A DNA stretch of 33,167 nt from NCBI GenBank assembly GCA_945861235.1, contig CAMATV010000001.1, positions 1-33,167 of the forward strand, given 5' to 3'. Below the pieces are notes generated by a model, which ran no database searches, was not told the origin of the DNA, and saw only the letters and a program-made list of their open reading frames with translations. The DNA is from Opitutus sp. GAS368. GTDB lineage: Bacteria > Verrucomicrobiota > Verrucomicrobiia > Opitutales > Opitutaceae. The translations under genes and the position numbers were made by a program. Below, piece after piece: positions 23,400-32,151 of the stretch (position 1 is the stretch's first letter; every line of letters starts with the position of its first letter).

Positions 23400-25394
23400 T
23401 CATATGGGCGCCGGCCGCAGCTTGCCGTCCGGTATCATCCGGATTAGATCGGGCAGATCGTAGGAGTGCAGCGCGCCCCGGACGACATCGCCCGCCGCCA
23501 GCGGCAAGTTGGGCGTGCGCACGATCTCCGCCCATCCGGCCGGCGGCGCCGGCAGTTCGAGCGAAGCGAAGAGCCCGGGCTCGAGCGCAGCCGCGTGCAG
23601 GGCGGCGATGGCGGCCTCCCGACCACACACGAGATGAACGCCACTCGCGGCGCCGAGGAAGCGGACCGCGTGCAGGATCGCCTCGGCCCGGAGCGCGACG
23701 AGATTGCGGGCCACGAGCAGTGCTTTCTGCGCCTGCTTCGTGTCGATCGCGTTCGAATTCGCGACCGAGCCCGATGCAGCCGGGCGCATTTCACCCAGTC
23801 CCGGCAGGTCGAGGGTGAGCAGGCACGTGCCGCGGCTCAGCAGCTTGTCCAGTCCGCCGCTCGCGACGCCGGCCTGTTTGCCGCCGTCCGGGAGGAACAG
23901 GATCGCCTCGGCGGAACCGCCCGCGGTGGCCGCCGGAAAATGGAGCGCGGCCAGCCAGAGTCCGGCGTCGTAGTGCAGGATCACGCTTTCGCCGCTGCGA
24001 CCCTGCCACGTGAAGCCGCCGCGGGTCTCAGGACGGACCGGCGGCAGCGCGGCCGCGGCGCGAATGCCCGCGACGGTGCGAATGCCCGCGGGCGTCGGAC
24101 GCCGCGGCTGGGCGCGCTTTACCTCGTCGGCTAGGAGCTCGAAAAGCGAGAGCGCCCCGGCCATGCGCAGGACCTGGCCCTCGGGTGTGCACAGCAGGCT
24201 CTTTTCCTCGGGCAGCTTGATCGGCGCTTCCCGCACGGGCGCGTCGATCCCGAGCAGCCACCGACGCATCCAGCGCGTCGCACCTTCGCGCAGGCGAATG
24301 GAGAAACCGTGCTTCTCGTCGGTCTCGACCAGCTCGACTGACTCGGGCGCATCGAGCCGGGTGTAGATCCGCTTCGACTGGCGGAAAATATCCCAGGCGC
24401 CCTGAATGTCGAAGTAGTCCTGAGTCGCCACGCACAGCAGCGTGGGTCGCGGCGCACGCAGGAGCACGAAGTCCGCGTGGTCGAGCCCGCCTTCGATCTG
24501 CCCGTAGATGGTCTGTTCGTAGTCCTGCGGACCGATCGTCTGGTAGAGCCGCCGGAATCCGGTCAGGTAACAACTGGGCGCCGCGCACGCGATCCGCTCG
24601 TCGAGCGCCATCAGATACGATGTCAGCGTGCCGCCCCCGGAGTTGCCCGTCGCGCCGATGCGATCACGCAGGATGTCCGAACGGCTCTGTAGGTAATCGA
24701 TGCCGCGCATGCCGTCCCAGATGAAGTACCGCGCCACCTCGACGCCCGTGAGCCGGCAGCGCAGCCCGAGCAGGTGATGCTCCTGCGTAGGGCCGTAGAC
24801 GGGTTTCTCGCTGCCCGACAGGTACTGGCGTCGCTCGCCCTGGCCCACAGGGTCGTAGCTGAGCACCGCGAGGCCATTCCGTGCCATCAGGGCGCAGGCC
24901 AGTTGATAGGTTTCGATCGCCTTGCCGTTGGCGCTGTGGCCGCACGAGAAGAGCACGCCGGGATAAGGTCCGGGCGTGGCCGGCAGGTAGAGGTTCGCCG
25001 TGACCAGATAGCCGGGCAGGCTCTCGTAGATCACCTTCTCGATGCGATAACCCTCGCCTTGAACATGGCCGACCACGCGCGCGTTCAGCGGCGTCCGCTC
25101 AGGAAATCCGCCGAGCTGTTGCACGAAGAAGGCTCGGAGTCGCGACTGATAAGCGCGGATCTGTTCCGGCGTCTTGAGCGCGTCGTACGCCGCCTGACGC
25201 CGGTCCAGCGCCGCGAAGGCCAGTCCGTCGAGATGCTTCTCGAGCATCGCGTCCGCCGCCACGCCCCCCACGGGTCCGCCGTGAGTCGCGAGGGCGGGCG
25301 TCGCGCCGAGCACCCGTTGACCATACGCCAGCGTTGCGGTGCCGAGCCCCACGGTTCTCAGGAAGCCGCGGCGGGAGGGGGTGAATGTTTGCAT
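23400..25394 (-). CDS. Tat-exported alpha/beta-hydrolase-fold serine hydrolase, paralog of 17656..19749
   Basis: Track ORF 23400..25700. ATG at 25394 gives MQTFTPSRRGFLRTVGLGTATLAYG (twin-arginine signal). Motifs: IGATGNSGGGTLTS, LLCVATQDYF and DEKHGF, in the same order as the paralog. Starts 80 nt after the stop of the upstream receptor gene. Confidence 0.78.
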   Translation of the reverse strand: MQTFTPSRRGFLRTVGLGTATLAYGQRVLGATPALATHGGPVGGVAADAMLEKHLDGLAFAALDRRQAAYDALKTPEQIRAYQSRLRAFFVQQLGGFPERTPLNARVVGHVQGEGYRIEKVIYESLPGYLVTANLYLPATPGPYPGVLFSCGHSANGKAIETYQLACALMARNGLAVLSYDPVGQGERRQYLSGSEKPVYGPTQEHHLLGLRCRLTGVEVARYFIWDGMRGIDYLQSRSDILRDRIGATGNSGGGTLTSYLMALDERIACAAPSCYLTGFRRLYQTIGPQDYEQTIYGQIEGGLDHADFVLLRAPRPTLLCVATQDYFDIQGAWDIFRQSKRIYTRLDAPESVELVETDEKHGFSIRLREGATRWMRRWLLGIDAPVREAPIKLPEEKSLLCTPEGQVLRMAGALSLFELLADEVKRAQPRRPTPAGIRTVAGIRAAAALPPVRPETRGGFTWQGRSGESVILHYDAGLWLAALHFPAATAGGSAEAILFLPDGGKQAGVASGGLDKLLSRGTCLLTLDLPGLGEMRPAASGSVANSNAIDTKQAQKALLVARNLVALRAEAILHAVRFLGAASGVHLVCGREAAIAALHAAALEPGLFASLELPAPPAGWAEIVRTPNLPLAAGDVVRGALHSYDLPDLIRMIPDGKLRPAPI

Positions 25395-25474
25395 GAGTGT
25401 AGCCTGTAAATCCTGTTCATCCTGTCGTCCGTTTAGATTGGTTTCTTTGTCAGCCGCGGTACGAGGCATCCTGA

Positions 25475-28381
25475 CTAGAAAACACCTTTCACGCCGAAGA
25501 CCCAGCTCGCGCCCTGGATTTCGAATTGGTTGAGCATGCCGCGCTGGTTTCGCAGATAGACGTAGCGGGCCTGGTTGGTGATGTTGCGGCCCGTGACCGT
25601 GAGCGATGTCCGTTCGGTGAGGCGGAAGTTCAGGCTCGTGCCGAGGAACAGGTAGGTCGGCAGATAACCGGTGGCGTTCTCCAGGGCCTCGGAGCTCCAA
25701 GCGCCGCGGAAGGCTACGTTGAGCCGCCGATACCGGAACGAAACGCCGGCCGACGCGGTTTTCGGCGCCGCGCGGTAGGCCAGTTCGGGGTCGCTGCGGG
25801 TGAATTGATTATAGTTCGCGAAAACGCCCAGTCCCTTGAAGACCCCGGGCAGAAACGTGAGCTGCTGGCTGTACGCGAACTCGATGCCCTTGTTCGTGAA
25901 ATCGCCGACGTTGGAGAGCGCCGTGAACGAGTACCCCGGATAGTCGTCACCCAGCCCGATGCTCTCGGCCGGGATGCCCGTGACCGACCGGTGGAGATCG
26001 CTGATGTCGAATTGAAACACGCCGATGGAGAACGTGCCCGCCGGCTCGAAGTACTGTTCGAGGCGGATCGAGTAGTTGTTGCCGTGTTCGGGCTTGAGCT
26101 CGGGATTCGGCAGCGTGCCGGTGCGGGTCGTGTCGTTGACCGAGAGCACGCCCGAGAGGCTGTTCAGATTCGCGCGCTGGATCGACTGGCTGAGCGACGC
26201 GATCGCCATGAGTTTGTCCGTGAAACGGTACCGCACCGCACCGCTGAAGAACGGGTCGGCGTAGTCGCCCCGGCGCTTCCTCAGCACATTCCGCTCGTAG
26301 CTCTTGCCCTCATTATCGGTCTTCTCGTACCGCACGCCACCCTGCACCATCAGGCGGCCGAAGCGGCTGTTCGCCAGAAAGTATCCCGCATCGATGTATT
26401 CGCGCGCCGAGCGCTCCGGCTGCAGGTTGCCCGCGGCGGTGAGATTGGCCGGATTGGGAATGAAGTACTCCGGATGCTGGCGCTGGATCACGCCGATCGC
26501 GTGCCGGTCGGGGAACGGAATCTGGCGGTCGAAAATGTTGCCGCCGGTGAAAGGATCGAAGGGCGCCACCGTGTCGGGCTGGTCCGCCTGCAGTCGATCC
26601 CCCGTTGGTCCGACGTAGGTCCAGGAGTAGCTGCCGGTGAGGCTGTAAAAACTCGCGGCGGTGCTCTTCAGTCCGACCTTGAAGAAGGTCGGATAGGTCC
26701 AGTTCATCGCGTACTTCGCGTTGATCTGGGCCAGCAGGTTTTTTGTGGTCGGTTCGTTGGGCGCCCGCACGATGTTGTTGGTCAGGCTGGTGCCCCGCCA
26801 GTTGTTCAGCACGTAGAGGTCGGGACCGGCGGTCTGCTGGAAGTCGAAGGCGGTTTCGCCGCTGCCGGAGCGCCGCGCCGTCCAGCCGACCCCGAACAAT
26901 TGCATATTGGCCGAACCGACTTCGTCGTCCATGGGCCCCTGCGCGCGCAGATTGCTGCGGTATTGACCGAGCCGGCTGTAGGCGAGGCTGGCGTCGAGCG
27001 TGAGCCGCTTGCCCTCGAAGAAGAGCTGGGGCGAAAAGGAGTGGGTATTGCTGATCCGGTGGCTGAGGCCGCCGGCGAGGTTGAACCGGTTGACGTTGTT
27101 GGCCGTAGGCACGCCGATGAAAACCAGGTCGTTCGAACCCGCCCCCAAGGTCGCCCGGGTGGCGGTGATGGCGAAGCTCTTGTTGTAGTTGCGCGCGTCC
27201 TCCCAGCTCGCCTGACCGCGCAATGCCAGCGTGAGCTGCGGGGTCAGCTTGTACTCGAGATTCAATCCACCGCCGCGCCGCTTCTGGATGATGGCGCCCT
27301 TGCCCCACTGCAGGCCCGTGATCACGGTGGGCAGGGGGCCCGGGGCCGTCGGCAGAGGGTTGTAGGTGAAATTCAAAAAGCCGGAGCCGCTGGTGGAGTT
27401 GGTCTCGGCCAGGTTCATGACCACGCCCAGCTTGCCATCGAGGAAGACATCCGAGTAGTCGAGCACGAGGGACGGATTGAGCGGCCGGCTCTGGCCGTCA
27501 TTGGGGCCGTTGACCTTGCCGAGTGTGAGCGGGTTGTGCGTGTTGTAGATCGAGTAGGCTTCCCAGGAGAAGAACCGGCCCTTGCGCTGAAACGCACTCT
27601 TGCTCCGCATGTTTATTGAGCCTGCCGGCGCGTCCGCGTCCATCTCCGCGCTGTTAGTCTTGTTGATCTCGATCGTGTCGGTGGCATAGGCAGAATAGGA
27701 ACTGAGCGCGGGCGCGCGCGTCGCGCCACTGGTCCGCACGCCGTCGACCATCAGCGCGCCATACTTGGAGTCCATGCCGCCCATGCTGACCGTAAACGGC
27801 ACGTCGCCCGAATAGATCACCTGCATGCCCGCCACGTATTGCAGCACGTCGCCGACATTGCCCTCGACGATCGAGCCGAAGGTGTCCGTCGCCACGACAC
27901 TCTTCACCGTCATGGCCGAGCGCTGCTCCATGATCGCCTTGGCCGTGCCTTCGCGGGCGGCGGTGACGGTGAAGCGATCGAGGGCGACGACATTCCGGCC
28001 GGTGTCGGTCGGCTGACTGCTCTTGAGGTTGAAATTGCGGACGACGATTTCACCGCCGCTCACCGTCACTGCCGTGGAGGCGGATTCGTAGCCGGTGTAG
28101 CTGACGATCACGGTCGCGTTTCCCGGCGGCACATTGACGAGGCGGTAGCGGCCGTCGCTCTGCGTCACGGCGCGAAGCTCGGTGCCCTGAAGGCGCACCT
28201 CGGCATTACCGAGGTATTCGCCGCTGGCGGGATTGAGCACGCGACCCTCGATGATGCCGCCTCTTGCCGCCGCCGCGGCGGGGCCGGAGGGCGCGACCGC
28301 AGCAGCGGCTTGGGCCGGTGGCCGCGGCGCCAGACTCAGCACGATCCAACTAATCAGCAGGGCGGTGGGGAGAAGCTTCAA
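25475..28381 (-). CDS. TonB-dependent receptor with CarboxypepD_reg-like domain (TBDR-3); probable TTG start
   Basis: Track ORF 25475..28672 (TTG). There is no in-frame ATG before the mature domain. TTG at 28381 gives (M)KLLPTALLISWIVLSLAPRPPAQAAAA, then GGIIEGRVLNPASGEYLGNAEVRLQGT..DGRYRL, plug and barrel, ending ...GVKGVF. The start position is uncertain. Confidence 0.8.
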   Translation of the reverse strand: MKLLPTALLISWIVLSLAPRPPAQAAAAVAPSGPAAAAARGGIIEGRVLNPASGEYLGNAEVRLQGTELRAVTQSDGRYRLVNVPPGNATVIVSYTGYESASTAVTVSGGEIVVRNFNLKSSQPTDTGRNVVALDRFTVTAAREGTAKAIMEQRSAMTVKSVVATDTFGSIVEGNVGDVLQYVAGMQVIYSGDVPFTVSMGGMDSKYGALMVDGVRTSGATRAPALSSYSAYATDTIEINKTNSAEMDADAPAGSINMRSKSAFQRKGRFFSWEAYSIYNTHNPLTLGKVNGPNDGQSRPLNPSLVLDYSDVFLDGKLGVVMNLAETNSTSGSGFLNFTYNPLPTAPGPLPTVITGLQWGKGAIIQKRRGGGLNLEYKLTPQLTLALRGQASWEDARNYNKSFAITATRATLGAGSNDLVFIGVPTANNVNRFNLAGGLSHRISNTHSFSPQLFFEGKRLTLDASLAYSRLGQYRSNLRAQGPMDDEVGSANMQLFGVGWTARRSGSGETAFDFQQTAGPDLYVLNNWRGTSLTNNIVRAPNEPTTKNLLAQINAKYAMNWTYPTFFKVGLKSTAASFYSLTGSYSWTYVGPTGDRLQADQPDTVAPFDPFTGGNIFDRQIPFPDRHAIGVIQRQHPEYFIPNPANLTAAGNLQPERSAREYIDAGYFLANSRFGRLMVQGGVRYEKTDNEGKSYERNVLRKRRGDYADPFFSGAVRYRFTDKLMAIASLSQSIQRANLNSLSGVLSVNDTTRTGTLPNPELKPEHGNNYSIRLEQYFEPAGTFSIGVFQFDISDLHRSVTGIPAESIGLGDDYPGYSFTALSNVGDFTNKGIEFAYSQQLTFLPGVFKGLGVFANYNQFTRSDPELAYRAAPKTASAGVSFRYRRLNVAFRGAWSSEALENATGYLPTYLFLGTSLNFRLTERTSLTVTGRNITNQARYVYLRNQRGMLNQFEIQGASWVFGVKGVF

Positions 28382-28782
28382 AGGTGGAGAAACTGGGCGG
28401 GCATGGTGGGGAACTGACCTGGCGGAGGCGCGGCGTCCGAGGGGGTAAACGCCGGCGAGAGGAGTGAGGCGCACGATCCGGGGAAAGTAAACCGGGTTTT
28501 TCGAAGTAGGTTTCCGGCCGGATATCCGGGCAGGACCGGGAAGAAAATGGTCCTTCCGTTCGGCGGTGGGACGCGCGGAATTGGCAATGACGTTTCGCAC
28601 GACTCGCGATTGTCGGCGCAGAACCCTGGGCGTTGGCTCCTGGCCGGACACCGGCGCTTCCGTTCCTTCCAACTCCGGCCGGCCCCAGAATTCTTATGAG
28701 CACGAGCACGACGAACCGCAGGGACTTTCTCAAATAAGGCATGATCGGCACGGCGGGCGTGTCGATCGGCACCATGGGTTTC

Positions 28783-28832
28783 GCTGATAGAAAACTGGAT
28801 TTTCAGGGGGATCGGATCCGGGAGGGGTTTAG
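28783..28832 (-). repeat. Repeat module M2, copy G, between TBDR-4 and TBDR-3
   Basis: gctgatagaaaactggattttcagggggatcggatccgggaggggtttag. The core is identical to the consensus. Confidence 0.9.
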
Positions 28833-28854
28833 TGGCGGAATTACGCCCTCCCGG
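28818..28854 (-). terminator. 9-bp perfect GC-rich hairpin 20 nt downstream of the TBDR-4 stop; one arm is part of M2 copy G
   Basis: CCGGGAGGG (28818-28826) pairs with CCCTCCCGG (28846-28854), with a 19-nt loop. No adjacent U-tract in minus sense, so terminator function is uncertain. Confidence 0.4.
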
Positions 28855-28874
28855 AACCTAACTGTCCTGTCCGA

Positions 28875-31800
28875 TTAGAACCGACCGGAAAGTCCGGCGG
28901 TGATGGTGAGGAAGTTTTGCGTGTAAGCCTGGTATCGGTGTGAGGTACCCTGATAAAAGGCCTGCGGCTCCTTGGTCAAGTTGCTGATATCGAGTGTGGC
29001 GGTGAGCTTCGGATTAATTTGGTAACCCATGCCCCAATCCAACACCGTTCGGGCATAGCGATAGAGATTAGCCCCGGGGGCGGTCGCGCTGAACGAGGAA
29101 ATATAGGAGCCGTTGTAGTTGGCGATAACGCGCGTGTTAAAGTTTTTGTAGGACCACCGCACCATGACATTTCCCAACTTCGGTACAAAACCGGCCACTT
29201 CACCGGTCTTCCGCTGGACGCCGGCGAGGTTGCCGAAATCACCTTCGGTGGTGAGCGTGGTGTAATTGGCCGAGAGGGCCATTCCCTTCCAAAGCCCGGG
29301 CAGAAACGTGAACTGCTGCTGGTAGCTCAATTCAAAGCCGTTTACTTTGGCGGTACCCGCATTGAGCGAAGTTTGGATGCGATAGCCCGCATACTCGCCG
29401 TTGAACCCGTTACCGTTGCCACTGGAGACAATCCCGTTGTCTAATCCACTCACGATGTAGTCGGTAATATTCTTGTTGAACCAGCCCACGGACAGGCTGC
29501 CCAAGGGTTCAAAATAATATTCGAGCGTCGCATCCCAATTGGTCGCCATCTGCGGCAGCAAGGACGGATTGTTGATGGTGATCGTCTCCGTCGACTCGCT
29601 GACCGACTCATTAGGCATGAGGTTGGTCGGAGCAGCGCGGCCGAAGCCGGTCGACCAGCTCAAGCGGGCCTTGAGGTTCCGCGTAATATCGTGGTGGATA
29701 TGGACGCTCGGGAAGGTCTTGGTGTAGCTCCCCTCCAGAGTACGCCGGTAGGCATCGTAATCGCGAAATGCCGATCCGCGGGGGTCGGAAACTTGCTGGG
29801 CGACGGTGCTGACGTTCGTGCCCTTCGTGCGCACCCACCCGTAGCTTTCTGTTTCGGTTTTTTCCTGACGCACCCCGGCAAGAAAGCCGCTGCGGGACAG
29901 CCAGCCTTGGGAGCCGAACTTGCCCTTGAACATGCCATAACCGGCGGTGACGTCCTCGGTCACACCCCGATCGCCAGTGTAGGCATTTTGGTGAAAGAAG
30001 TAGAGATCCTCGGACCAAAGTGCCGGATTTTTTGGCGCGCGGTCCGTCATGAAATCAGAGACCTGCCAGATCGGCATATTCTTGCCTTCGGCAAACGTGC
30101 CGTAAAACCCGATGGTGGGATCCGTGGGAAGGGCTGCGGCACCGAGGTAACTCCACCGGCGGCTATAATTTTGGATCTTTATGTCCAGTTGCCGCCAAGT
30201 GAATCCAGTTTTGAAGACGATGGGGGCAGCCGTGGGCAGGGTGTAAATCAGGTCCGCGTTGAAATGTTTGTTATACTGATTCTGAGTCTGCGGACTGGCA
30301 GCTAGCCCGTTGGCGATCGGGCGGTAATTATTGGGATCCGAGATATCCGGACCGGCGGTTTGGGTAAGACGGGAAAAATCCGCGCCGTTAGGGCTCTCGA
30401 GGGTCCAGCCAGCGCCAGCCATGCGTTGCGTGAGCGCGTATTGGCCGCCCTTCCCGCCACCCGTGGTCTGACCGGTCATAAGATTATTCCGGCTGTAGCC
30501 GGTATTATAATCGAGTTTGATCGGCCCGTAGGTGTGTTCACCCGCAAAGGACGCGAGCCACTGCCGGACGATGTAGCTGTTCGGACCCGTCGTGCTCAGA
30601 TCAATCAGCGACGTGTTCGTCGCGCTCGTCAGGTAGTTGGCCGTGGTCAGCGGCCGAACGGTGGTCACGGTATCCGTCCAACCGGGATTAATGCCCGTGG
30701 CGAGGGAGGTCGCGCTGGGGACGGCGGTGCCGGAGCCGGTGTAAGCCCGCATGGTATAGCCACGGCGCATCCGCTCGATATTATGGTTGAACAGGGAGTT
30801 AACCGTGAACTTTGAAGTATCCGAAAACCGATACTCCGTCTTCACGTTTACGTTCTTCTGCGCCCGGTTATTGAAATTGTTTCGAATACTGTAATCCCAA
30901 ACGTACGCCGGAGACGCCGTCACGTTTTGGAAATTGCGATTAACGATCACGCCGCCAATCGCGTTTTCACTATAGCGGACGTTGGCCTGCACTCCGAGAT
31001 TACGCTGTTCCCCAAAAACGCTGAAGACTTCCTGATAGGAGAGCGTGAACAGTGGATGATAACGATGCTGCGCCCGGAGCGGAACATGCTCCGTGAAGGG
31101 AGGCGCGCCGCGAACCATCGAGCTGAAGTTCAGAATCCGCCTTTCCTTCATGTTGAGGGTCGACCGGGTTTTCAAATTGAGGTTGCCGCCGAGCGAGTCG
31201 GCGCTCGCATCGGGGGTCAACCCCTTGATCATTTCCATCTGCTCGTACATCGTCGCCGAAACCGTGTGCACTTCCAGCGCGCGGTTCGTACCGATGGTGG
31301 GCATGCGCTGGCCATCCATCGTCACCGTGTTCAGGTTGCCCGGCATGCCGCGGACTTGGAACCCGGTGTTGAGCCCCTCGTCATTCGTGGAAGGGGCGAC
31401 GCCGGGCAGGCGCATCATTACTTCGCCCACACTCATGTTCGGCAGGTTGCCGAAGGAATCCATCGCCACCACGTTCTTCACGTTATTCGCGTTGCGTTGC
31501 ATCGTAAGCGCTAGGGCATTGCCCTCGCGTTCCCCGGTTACCTTGAAGGCATCCAGTTTATAGACGCTGCTCGTGAGCTCGGCATTGCTGGTCGAACGCT
31601 GGCTCCCAGCGACCGAGATCGATACTTTCATCGTATCAAGACCCAGATAACTGATCGAAATCTCGTGAGTTCCCGCCGGTAGGCCAGTCAAGACGTAACG
31701 GCCGGAGTTGTCCGACTGAGTGGAGAGTCCGAGTTGGGGCACCTCGACGATGGCGCCCTCAAGGCCCCTTTTCGTTTCGGCGTTGCTAACAAAGCCGGTG

Positions 31801-31919
31801 AGGCTACCGCTTCCCCTGGCTTGAGAGGTGGCGGTGGCGGCAGGTTGGGCGAGCGAAGTGGGCAACCCTTGGAGGGCAGCCCACGCGGTTAGTCCGACTA
31901 ACAGGGGCAATATTTTCAT
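28875..31919 (-). CDS. TonB-dependent receptor with CarboxypepD_reg-like domain (TBDR-4), paralog of TBDR-2
   Basis: Track ORF 28875..31958. ATG at 31919 gives MKILPLLVGLTAWAALQGLPTSLAQ. Motifs: SLTGFVSNAETKRGLEGAIVEV...SGRYVLTGLPAGTHEISISYLGL and DAFKVTGEREGNALALTMQRNANNVKNVVAMDSFGNLPN. Ends ...AGLSGRF. Confidence 0.88.
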   Translation of the reverse strand: MKILPLLVGLTAWAALQGLPTSLAQPAATATSQARGSGSLTGFVSNAETKRGLEGAIVEVPQLGLSTQSDNSGRYVLTGLPAGTHEISISYLGLDTMKVSISVAGSQRSTSNAELTSSVYKLDAFKVTGEREGNALALTMQRNANNVKNVVAMDSFGNLPNMSVGEVMMRLPGVAPSTNDEGLNTGFQVRGMPGNLNTVTMDGQRMPTIGTNRALEVHTVSATMYEQMEMIKGLTPDASADSLGGNLNLKTRSTLNMKERRILNFSSMVRGAPPFTEHVPLRAQHRYHPLFTLSYQEVFSVFGEQRNLGVQANVRYSENAIGGVIVNRNFQNVTASPAYVWDYSIRNNFNNRAQKNVNVKTEYRFSDTSKFTVNSLFNHNIERMRRGYTMRAYTGSGTAVPSATSLATGINPGWTDTVTTVRPLTTANYLTSATNTSLIDLSTTGPNSYIVRQWLASFAGEHTYGPIKLDYNTGYSRNNLMTGQTTGGGKGGQYALTQRMAGAGWTLESPNGADFSRLTQTAGPDISDPNNYRPIANGLAASPQTQNQYNKHFNADLIYTLPTAAPIVFKTGFTWRQLDIKIQNYSRRWSYLGAAALPTDPTIGFYGTFAEGKNMPIWQVSDFMTDRAPKNPALWSEDLYFFHQNAYTGDRGVTEDVTAGYGMFKGKFGSQGWLSRSGFLAGVRQEKTETESYGWVRTKGTNVSTVAQQVSDPRGSAFRDYDAYRRTLEGSYTKTFPSVHIHHDITRNLKARLSWSTGFGRAAPTNLMPNESVSESTETITINNPSLLPQMATNWDATLEYYFEPLGSLSVGWFNKNITDYIVSGLDNGIVSSGNGNGFNGEYAGYRIQTSLNAGTAKVNGFELSYQQQFTFLPGLWKGMALSANYTTLTTEGDFGNLAGVQRKTGEVAGFVPKLGNVMVRWSYKNFNTRVIANYNGSYISSFSATAPGANLYRYARTVLDWGMGYQINPKLTATLDISNLTKEPQAFYQGTSHRYQAYTQNFLTITAGLSGRF

Positions 31920-31982
31920 GGTCTGATTTTCGTGGGGGGCAGATCGTGGAAAGTTCACTCACTCTCAAGAAACGGCATTCGT

Positions 31983-32071
31983 AAAACATACCTGCGAGAC
32001 CTGCGGGTGGTTTCTTTCGGTCACGGCCAAAACCCGGTTTTTGGGCGGGGGCTGATCGGAAGCTGGATTTT
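31983..32071 (-). repeat. Repeat module M1, copy B, 64 nt upstream of the TBDR-4 start codon
   Basis: 89 nt identical to 11896-11984: aaaacatacctgcgagacctgcgggtggtttctttcggtcacggccaaaacccggtttttgggcgggggctgatcggaagctggatttt. Confidence 0.95.
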
Positions 32072-32151
32072 TTTCGACGCCGGTCACTTCCACCTTGGCG
32101 AGTTGCTCGATGTGGAGCAGGACACTGCCAAGTTGAGCGGCTGCTAGGAAA

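Noticed and set aside
22166-23818. 550-aa plus-strand ORF
   Set aside because: It is antisense to the Gfo/Idh/MocA gene and the start of the hydrolase gene. The sequence is low-complexity and Arg/Gly/Ala/Pro-rich, and it spans an intergenic gap of the real genes. It is a GC-driven artefact.
25526-27619. 697-aa plus-strand ORF, the longest ORF on that strand
   Set aside because: It lies entirely antisense to the well-supported TBDR-3 gene. Its Arg/Ala/Gly/Val-rich composition has no recognisable domain. Long stop-free antisense frames are expected in high-GC coding DNA.
28350-28775. 141-aa minus-strand ORF in the TBDR-3 leader
   Set aside because: After a short hydrophobic start the sequence is Arg/Pro/Ser-rich and low-complexity, and it overlaps the probable TBDR-3 start. 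Only the first approximately 30 codons could conceivably be real, and they are unverified.
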